NCBI GenBank assembly: GCA_951406725.2
Contig: OX597820.1
Coordinates: forward strand, 88,722,001-88,786,000
Source of the DNA: Octopus vulgaris
Taxonomy: Eukaryota
Length of the DNA: 64,000 nucleotides
Direction: 5' to 3'
Below the pieces are notes generated by a model that saw only the letters and a program-made list of their open reading frames with translations, was not told the origin of the DNA and did not search any database. A program made the translations under genes and the position numbers. Positions 54,986 to 64,000 of this stretch are shown piece by piece. Every line of letters starts with the position of its first letter. Within the stretch, counting starts at the first letter, position 1.

Positions 54986-55289
54986 TCAGTACGAAGCCAA
55001 CGACGACGACGACGACGATGATGATGATGACGATGATGATGATGATGACAATGATGATGATGGCGATGATGATGATGATGATGATGAGGAGGAGGAGGAG
55101 GAGGAGGAGGAGGATCTCGCTGTGGACCACAAGGGCTATAAAAAAAGGATCGAGCACGGCACAGGATCATGCCAGTAGAGATTATATGGAAAAAAAAACT
55201 GTAAACAGGATAATCGAAACAAAAATGAAAAAAGAATTCAAAGAAAAGTTACTCAGAAGGGAGATGGCCTCCAAATGCTGATTATGAAA

Positions 55290-56560
55290 AACCCTCAACA
55301 CTCCATATACACCCGATCACCAAGGTAAGTGCCCTCTCCAAGCTGTCCTCCGCCTATCGCTCACTCGGACCGGGTTCGCGACTCTTATTCACTTGTCTAA
55401 AAAATTTGCTGAGAGACAGCACTTGCCTCTTTATCTTCACTTTCTTTTTCAAGTGGAACTTGTGAAAATTGGTAACGGCTTGGCTAAAGAGGCAAGTGTC
55501 TACCCTTAGCCCTTTCATTTATCACATAACCTCTTTCGTTTGGGCCACCGGATAGATAAAAACTGTTTGTCCTTCCCTGCCAAAGGAAGAAGGCGGGATG
55601 ATATTTACAATAGGCTCAGATGATAGCAGGATCCGTCCTCTACGTGATAGCAGTTGTTCGACATAATTCCACGATTCAGCAATGCTCATGCACTGAACGA
55701 ATGCTCGCAAAACTGTTTCGTTGCACTACTAGCATTCCATAATGGTGATAGTAGTGGTGGTGGTGATTGTGGTAGAAATGGTGTTGGTATTGTACTGTGG
55801 AGTTTTCACCTTTTCTTCAAATCTCCAACGACAGATTTGTTTTATCCTTTTTTTCTTTTTCTCTCCCTTGTTACGTTGACAGTTTCCCCACTGTTCCTCT
55901 CGTTGTGGAAGGGGTACGTCTCACGGCGTTGTGTTTGAGTTAGGGGACCCTGTCGTTTATATAGGTGATCTTATCCTTGCTGCTGCTGTTGCTATTGTAA
56001 CTACAGTCTCTGTGTCCTCTGTTTGTCTTACTGGTGCACGTGTCTCTGTCTCCTTAGCTGTTGGTGCACTCACGGCTGTGGAAGATGCCCGCTATTGTTG
56101 TTGTTGTCACTGCAGCACCAACAATAGCCAGTCAGCAAAAGTGGGGTATCATCCCACTTTTGGGCCCCACATATGTAGCATCCCGATTTTCTGCCTTCGA
56201 TAGAAGGAAGGCTGCCGTCCGGTAAGTGAATTAAGTCGGAGATAGCTTCGATCTGCTTTTGATTGGTTTGAATTAGAAGCTCCATTTTTACCACTTTCTT
56301 CTGCACATACAGGACACCTCCAAAATTGTGACTTGCTCTTCCATTTCGGCTAAGACGGCCGCCACTACTCTAGCGAAGGTTATTTCAAATGGCATATCTA
56401 TGACTCTCACCTTTATCCAACGTTGACTGAGGTGAGACGGAGCAAGTAGTAACTCCTCCTTTCCTACCGGTGCCGTGGAGTACTACTTTCTTTGCCCCAT
56501 CTTGCCTCAGGTCCTCGATACCATAGTGTTATGTTCGGGAGATGTGAGTAATGTGACCCT
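55290..56560 (-). mobile_element. Internally deleted L1/Tx1-like LINE: ORF1 remnant joined to the ORF2 C-terminus
   Basis: ORF1-like RWIKVRVIDMPFEI..VAAVL..IEGRKSGCYICG (knuckle start), then RAFVQC..WNYVEQLL..IIPP..VAQTKEVM and HKFHLKKKVKIKRQVLS. I see no endonuclease or RT motifs between them. Confidence 0.6.
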
Positions 56561-57210
56561 ACACTAGCCCCAACCATTTCTTTAAAATATGAACCTCACT
56601 TACTCCCTCTATTTTCTTTGATTTTGCACAAATGTAGCGCTATGTTTGTCGTTTAATCCAGGATTGTACGTTAGAATTTCTTTTAAATGTTTTACATTTA
56701 AAAGAAATTCTGCATTTTACATTTATCTTCAGCGCTAACAGAAGACTCGTCCCAGTTTTTGCAGCTGCTTGGCAGTACATCCTGTTGAGATTGTTGTTGC
56801 TATTGTGTTGTTGTTGTTGCTGTTACTGCCTTCGGTTGCGATTGAACTGGAGACGGTGTTGGTGGTGGAGTTACTTGCTCTATTACTTGTTTTTAAACTC
56901 GTGGTATCGGATTAAAGTGGCGGTGATGGTATCGGTGCTGTTGCACTTTCATTCTGTGCTATTTAGTTCTTACTATTTTTTTCTTTTACTATTTCCACAT
57001 GTTGCAGCAGCTTCGGCGGTGTTGATAGTGACCGTGCTTTGGTTAGCAGATGTGCTATGCAGGAAGGAAGTACTGAAGACGGCAGCGGATATGACATCAT
57101 TCTTACCACATGACGTACTTCCAACAGCATTTCTCGATTCCAGCTTTTTTGGCCTACGGAAAAGAAGCGTTTAAAATGCAAATATTGCCCCGAAGGACGC
57201 TAGTCTTGAC

Positions 57211-57373
57211 CTTTGGTTGTTTGACTAATACACAGTGGTATTTACTTTTGGTTCGTTAACCAATACATCGAAGTTGTGGCCCATAATTGGTTGACCAGTG
57301 CACTCAGACATTTAGTTTTGATTGCTTGACCAATATATTGATGTGTTGAGCTTTGGTTGGGTAACCAATACAT
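57211..57373. repeat. Five-unit 35-bp degenerate tandem array with palindromic core
   Basis: Units start at 57211, 57246, 57281, 57316 and 57351. Consensus core TTGGTT-N4-RACCAATACA. Confidence 0.75.
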
Positions 57374-57552
57374 TCTTTAGGTCTCGTTTTAGTGTATTAT
57401 GTTCAAAATAGATCTATTTCGAAATGAAGTCTTTACAAATATTGACACGTAACTTTAGAACATTTCACAGGTTTATAAAAGATGGATATAGCTGACTAAA
57501 TCAAGTTCAGTCAAATACTTGCATTTATTCACCGACAACTTCTTTATACGTA

Positions 57553-57777
57553 CCGTATTTTCCAGCATACACGTCAAATTTTTCAGGCCGAAATTTACAA
57601 CCAAGAAAGGTAAGTCGCCTTATTCTCCGAGGCGATTTTGGAGGACTAAAAATTCCATGCGAAATGCAGCAGGTCTTGGAAAAGCAGAGACGAACATCTT
57701 ATTATTTTTAATGTTTAATGTTTACTCAACATGTTTTTTTCTATAGACTGCGTCGATTTCTATGCTGGAATATATGA
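57553..57777. mobile_element. Tc2/pogo-like MITE
   Basis: TA-CCGTATTTTCCAGCATA ... TATGCTGGAATATATGA-TA. Confidence 0.6.
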
Positions 57778-59859
57778 TAAGAATTAAACAGTAAAGTCAG
57801 CTCCAGCGGGATATGAGTTCAGAGTATTAATGTCTTTACTGACTACTGATAAGGTAGTTAATCCGACACCTTGATGGCTTCCTGGTTTAATCCAACATGG
57901 AACGACATGCCTAAAATCATCTTGCAACCGCTGCAGGAAATGAAGGAACAAACTGAGACTCAGGTGTGACTACAGTTGAAAATCACATTACTGTCATCAA
58001 ACTAGAGACCTGATCTAAATGTTTTCAACAGTGGAAAACTCCTCTAAAGGTACCCAAGGATCAGATGGTAGGGTTTCAAATCGGGCGGTGGATTAATTCT
58101 AAGACTCTAACTGATTCCCCTAAAGGCGCCTAAGGACCAGGGAACGGTGTTTAACCGTCGGCATACTAAGTATTCCAACACTGCCTCTAATGTTGTTAGT
58201 AATACTGAAACATAAACATACAAATAAATCTATTTTTTCTTTCCTTCTTCCTTTTTATGTTTATATTTATGTTTATATTTCCAAAGTTATCTTGTTTCAA
58301 GCTGACAGTTACAATATTGAAGTTTTCTTGTTCAGATAATAAATACTATAGGTATAAAGCAATTTAAAAAAAAAATTCAAACCTTGACAAAAGGGTTGTA
58401 TGCAAATTTGTTTTCTATGAAACCAAATTCCTGCACAATTTTCATAGAGATGAAATAACACGGAATGAATTGCAACAATAACATATTTCAAGGAAATAAG
58501 AAAAAAAATCAATTGAATTTTCGAAGAAGTGTTTATTGTTATTGTTATTATTATCATTGTTTTTGTTGTTGTTACTGATATTTTTATTATTTGTTGATAA
58601 CACAATTCAAACCGTATAGAATGAGATCTCATTGAGAATTATCCAAATATCAGACAAAATTAAGTTAGAAGAGATGAAGGAGACACATATGGCATTGATT
58701 TCCAATATTTTCATAATTTGGTACGCTATATTTCATCATCATCCCACACATTGTAAACCATATTGTACGGAATATTCTTTTGATATTAGAAATATATTCG
58801 CTATTGTAGCTCAGCTGCAGAAATTATTATTTATCTATCGATATTTCAAGAGAAATGTGAGAAGTAATTTTTTTTTTCTTTTTTTCTCATGAATTCTAGT
58901 TGAAACACTTCGAAAGAATCACATACAGTCTTACAATAGATGTTATTTTTATTGCCATATTTTATATTCTACTCACGTATAAATTAAATAAATGACCTCC
59001 CCCAACCTCTCCAATCACCGCCACTGCACTGTGTTTATATGTATATTTCTTTCATTAAAAGAAACATCTGCTTTTGGTTGCAGGATAACCTTTTCTTCAT
59101 TCGTATCGAATTCTCTCGTAGCGTAATGAGTATGGAGTGGGTTCAAATACCTTCGTTAAATAGTGATGCAATAATCCCAGTTTTCTTTTTAATCTTGACG
59201 TGGACTCCCAGAGTGTTTTTTGAAGAAGAGAGGAAGTTAATCTCGATCCGGAGACCTTGTCTGAATGCTTACAACAGTAAAGACAACAAAAAGCAGCCGA
59301 GGGCCCGAGGCTGGTGTTAAGAAGGTAGACGGGTCAGATCTGAGAGCTAAGAACAAATCATATCACGTCCTATTTAGTACTATAGGAAATGCTTCTTATT
59401 TCCTAAACAACTAGAAGATTGAAACTTATTCTTGTTTCCAATCTTAATCTGATAGTAATGGCGATGCTCCAGCATGGCCACTGATGATGCCTTAAAAGAA
59501 TTTTATATCTAATTTATAAGTATTTCAGAAGCTATTGGCTTTTCAGAATCTTTGAGCCACAACTCAAAACCAATCTCCACAGTCATCTTCTTGCTAAAAT
59601 TCTTCCACTGTCTGAATTGATGTATTCAACCCTAGGCTAACAAGCTATAGATGATTCAACTGCCGCAGTAAAATATTTGGACTTTTATTTAGACTGGTAT
59701 AGCTTTTTATTGAAGGATGATAGTGTTAGACATAGCCACGTCGACTTCAGCAGCATTGAAGGATCAGCGACGGTTATAAGCACAATCAGTGGAACGGCTG
59801 TGCTTGTAGGTAGAATGAGCAGCAGATAAATAATATTTTGTATTACTATACGATGTTAT

Positions 59860-60560
59860 CACTTAGAGATCATATGCTCTAATCCTATTTCTCTATATTT
59901 AAGTATATTTTGTACAATCGGTTTTTAATAAATAAGGTGTGCTGAAAACAATATAGCACTGAACATTAAGAAGACTAAAGAATTATTTGTGAACTACAGG
60001 AAGTTGAGGTGTTCTCATATATCATTATTTTTCAGCTGGCAGAAACGTTAGCACGCCGGGCGAAATGCTTAGCCGTATTTCGTCTGCCGTTACGTTCTGA
60101 GTTCAAATTCCGCCGAGGTCGACTTTGCCTTTCATCCTTTCGGGGTCGATAAATTAAGTACCAGTTACGCACTGGGGTCGATGTGATCGACTTAATCCGT
60201 TTGTCTATCCTTGTTTGTCCCCTCTATGTTTAGCCCCTTGTGGGTAGTAAAGAAACATATATCATTATTTTTCATTAATGTGAACGAGGGGGAAAAGCTC
60301 CACTTCTTGATGTCCCTGATTAACCACATCAGATAATATTTTTCTTGGTCATTCAAGCCAGAAGAATGTCCGCACTATCATAGGAATTTAGCGAAAGTAA
60401 GAATTACTTTGCAGATTCTTAACAACTTCTATAGGTGGAAGAATACTGATTTATTATTTTTCAGTTTTCTAGTAACTCGGAGTTTCTCATGAAAGAAAGG
60501 CTTTCCATGAGAAAAAATATTGTAAAGACTGAAAAATTGAGGAAACAGATTGTTATGTAT
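59860..60560 (+). mobile_element. Rex1/L2-like LINE RT C-terminal remnant interrupted by SINE B
   Basis: NNIALNIKKTKELFVNYRK motif. Confidence 0.55.
60035..60255 (+). mobile_element. SINE family B with perfect 19-bp TSD
   Basis: CATATATCATTATTTTTCA at 60016-60034 and 60256-60274. Confidence 0.95.
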
Positions 60561-60894
60561 CACTCAGTTTAACACCACATTCCGATCTCTAGATGCCTTC
60601 AACGGGTTTAACATCTCACTCTGTTGAAGATTACCACCTGGTATTTGAGGGCAATTTGTAGGTTTAACGAATCGCCCAGTTTAACGCCATTTAGTATTCG
60701 AGTGCAATGATTGGAGTTCCTTCTGTAACAAACATTAAAACCAGACAACTCTTACTGCAGCTATTGAGCTACAGATGTTACTCAGTTATGTCAATACCAT
60801 CGGCTGGGGAGGTCGGAGTAGAGTCTAAGATTTACCCCCCCCCTGATAAATTTGTTAAAAATTATAGCAGTGAAAGTAATAATTTCATCTTTTA

Positions 60895-61089
60895 TTTTTA
60901 ACTTGTTTCATTCATTAGACTGCGGTCATGCTGGATCATCACCTTGAAGGATTTTAGACGATTGAATCGATCCCAATACTTATTTTTTAATGCCTGGTAC
61001 TTATTCTATCCGTCTCTTTTGCCGATCTGTTAAATTACAGGGACGTAAACACACCAACACCAGTGCTCAAGCCGTGGTAGGGGCCAAAC

Positions 61090-61121
<32 letters not shown>

Positions 61122-61307
61122 TTATATATATATATATATACACTCACACACCACGACGGGTTTCTTTCAGCTTCCATCTGCCAACTTCACTCACAAGGCT
61201 TTAGTCAATCTGTGGCTATAGTAGGAGACACTTACCCAAGCAGCGAAACTAAACCCGGAACTATGTGGCTGAGAACCAAACTTCTTAATTCACAACCACG
61301 CTGCGCC
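60895..61307 (-). mobile_element. SINE family A, diverged
   Basis: Reverse complement match to the family. Confidence 0.75.
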
Positions 61308-61309
61308 TG

Positions 61310-61760
61310 AGTAAGAAAGGCGGAAGAAATGCTTCTAAGCATTTTGCCCAGCAAGCTAACAATTCTTTTCTACTCTAGGCGCAAGACCCGAAATTTTTGG
61401 AGAGGGGCCAGTCGATTAGATCGCCCCCAGAACGCAATTGGTACTTAACTTATCGACCCCGAAAGGATGAAAGGCAAAGTCGACCTCGGCGGAATTTGAA
61501 CTCAGCACGTAAAGACAGACGAAATACCTATTTCTTTACTACCCACAAGGGGTTAAACACAGAAGGGACAAACAAGGACAGACAAAAGGATTAAGTCGAT
61601 CATATCGCCCCCAGTGCGTAACTGGTACTTAACTTATCGACCCCGAAAGGATGAAAGGCAAAGTCGACTCCGGCGGAATTTGAACTCAGAACGTAACGGC
61701 AGACGAAATACGGCTACGCATTTCGCCCGTCGTGCTAACGTTTCTGCCAGCTCGCCGCCC
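61310..61760 (-). mobile_element. SINE B multimer
   Basis: +48 junction at about 61528 and +15 junction at about 61365. Confidence 0.85.
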
Positions 61761-61762
61761 TC

Positions 61763-61808
<46 letters not shown>

Positions 61809-61839
61809 TGATGATGATGATGATGATGATGATGATAAC

Positions 61840-62389
61840 AAATGCCTTGATGCAGTACCAGGCAGTAGCTCATATGGCTTCTGATCTTAACTGATTGGAA
61901 GTGTTTTCATGTACATTGTTTTGTCTTGGTATAAAATATGTGCTACAGCAAATATTCTGCTCAGTACCACAGATTTGCTTGTCAGTTGTTTGACCTTAAC
62001 CTCTTAGTGGCTGACGATATGTACATAACTGATGACGAGCAGAAGTAGTGGGGGAGCATCATAGCCGTGTGTTGAGAGGAATTATTTTGGGGTTTGAATA
62101 ATTCACCTTTGGAAACATCCTTTGGGGTTCGTTCAACATCCTTGAACAATCCTTATTCAGGGACCTTTTGAGCGGGATGGCCTACTCGACCAGAAGAAAA
62201 TTCTAACTGGGCTCCACCTGCAAGGTCATGCGCTGTATATTTTGATATGAGATCACCATGTCGCGCACATATGGTTGTGATGCATGTGCTTGGTGTCCCC
62301 TTATCAGACGGGTAGTCATGATGGGAATAATGGGCTTCGTATATCTGTACCCCAGTGTCACTTTGATGGCATGCACTGCTCCCTCACTC
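61840..62389. mobile_element. About 550-bp non-coding insert within an (AAT)n array
   Basis: Complex-sequence block bounded by (AAT)n/(GAT)n and (AAT)n. No recognisable ORF. Confidence 0.45.
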
Positions 62390-62440
<51 letters not shown>

Positions 62441-63060
62441 TCTATGTCGGTATTATAAAATCAAAACCACTGACAAATTTTATAAACACCATCCTAAAGC
62501 TGTGACTGAGGGAGAAAATATATCGATTCTTTAGGACTTCCCCGTACATACTGACAAAACAATGAAAGCTAATAAACTGGATATTATTATAAAAGATCAG
62601 TCAAAAAAGGTGTGTTTATTAATTGACATGAGTATTCCTTGCGATCACAAAATAGCGGCGAAATATTTTGACAAGATCAGTAAATATAAAGACTTGCTAA
62701 TAGAAATTGGAAAAATGTGGCATCTTAAGGCGACTACAGTACCAGTGATTGTAGGATCTCTAGGAATGATAAAAATAATTTAAAAAAAAGTACGGAAGCG
62801 TATTTGAAAATGATACCAGTCTTACCATCCCTACAGGAAGTGCAAAAAAACGTGTTAACTGGAACTGAGAAGAGCATTATCGCTGTGAAAACAACATCCA
62901 TTCATGAATTTATTTATTTATTTATTTATTTATTTAGAATACGTATTTTACCTGTGAATTTGCTTTATATAATCTAGGAATGCATACAACGAGCTTCTCT
63001 GCCCTAGGTGTATGGAAAACACTTGGCGAGAAATGGAAGAAAATTTGAAGAAGGAAGGAA
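62441..63060 (+). mobile_element. 5'-truncated R4/Dong-like RLE non-LTR retrotransposon inserted in (TAA)n
   Basis: LCRYY..FYKHHPKAVTE..IL*DFPVHTDKTMKANKLDIIIKD..CLLIDMSIP..KISKYKDLLIEIGKMW..VPVIVGSLG. (TAA)n lies on both flanks, the known Dong target. Confidence 0.85.
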
Positions 63061-63077
63061 AATAATAATAATAATAA

Positions 63078-63527
63078 TCTTTTCTGCTATAGGCACAAGG
63101 CCCGAAATTTAGGGGAAGAGACTAGTCAATCACATCGACCCTAGTGTTTCACTAGTACTTAATTTATAGATCCTGAAAGGATGAAAGGCAAAGTCGACCT
63201 CGGTGGAATTTGAACTCAGAACGTAGCGACTGGCGAAATACCTATTTCTTTATTACCCACAAGGGGCTAAACACAGAGAGGACAAACAAGGACAAACGGT
63301 TTAAGTCGATTACATCGACCCCAGTGCGTAACTGGTACTTAATTTATCGACCCCGAAAGGCTGAAAGGCCAAGTCGGCCTTGGCGGAATTTGAACTCAGA
63401 ACTTAACGGCAGACGAAATACGGCTACGCATTTCGCCCGGCGTGCTAACGTTTCTCCCAGCTCGACTGGCGAAATACCGCTAAGCATTTCGTCCAGCGCG
63501 CTAACGATTCTGCCAGCTCCGCCACCT
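63078..63527 (-). mobile_element. Young SINE B inserted into an older SINE B with a 16-bp TSD
   Basis: CGACTGGCGAAATACC duplicated at 63227-63242 and 63463-63478. Confidence 0.9.
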
Positions 63528-64000
63528 TAACCTGTTGCATTTATTATTCTCATACTTTTATTGAACTCGGCATTAATTTGATATTATTTACAACGTTTGT
63601 TGCTATGGCAACTGAGCTGTTCTAACATCCGTTATAGCTGTTACCGTCGTTGTTGTCATGGTGACTGAACGACTCTACTTTATATGTCATAGCTACTTTA
63701 TGTTACAGCAGAAACAGCAGTCACTACTGGGGCAGTGGTGGTGGTGGTGGTGGTGGTGGTGGGGGCGGCGGCGGCGATGGTGGTGGCGGCGGCGGTGGTG
63801 GTGCTGGTGGTGCTGGTGATAGTGGTGGTGGTGATGGTGGTGATGGTGGTGGTGGTGGTGGTGGTGGTGGTGTGATTGTTATGGTAACTGAGCAGGTTTA
63901 CTTTACATGTCACAGCTGCTTATGTCACTGATCTGGCTGTCACTGATGTTGCTAACACTTATTGTTGTTACTGCAGCCGCTGTTGATTCTGTTGCTAACT

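Overview
AT-rich, non-coding animal DNA, most likely an Octopus (cephalopod) intron or intergenic region. This is inferred from the tRNA-derived SINE families and the extreme density of (TA)n, (CA)n, (TACA)n, (GATA)n and (AAT)n. I can support no intact host exon; nearly all ORFs in the track are microsatellite artefacts. The window holds one tRNA-Arg(CCT) gene or variant and at least four SINE families (labelled A-D here). It also holds decayed non-LTR retrotransposons (HERO-like and R4/Dong-like RLE elements, L1/Tx1-like, RTE, Rex/L2-like), several Tc1/mariner and hAT elements and MITEs, and a Penelope-like (PLE) GIY-YIG remnant. Three observations stand out. (1) Short (TA)n-embedded elements carry minimal type-I hammerhead ribozymes, several with a non-canonical CCGACGA core and several inside fold-back inverted repeats. 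(2) SINE B inserts into its own copies at two fixed internal sites and stacks serially at single targets, and its tail matches L1/Tx1-like 3' ends in the window. (3) There is a 5 x 35-bp array of palindromic TTGGTT-N4-AACCAA sites. All family assignments come from visual motif recognition, not database searches, and boundaries are approximate.
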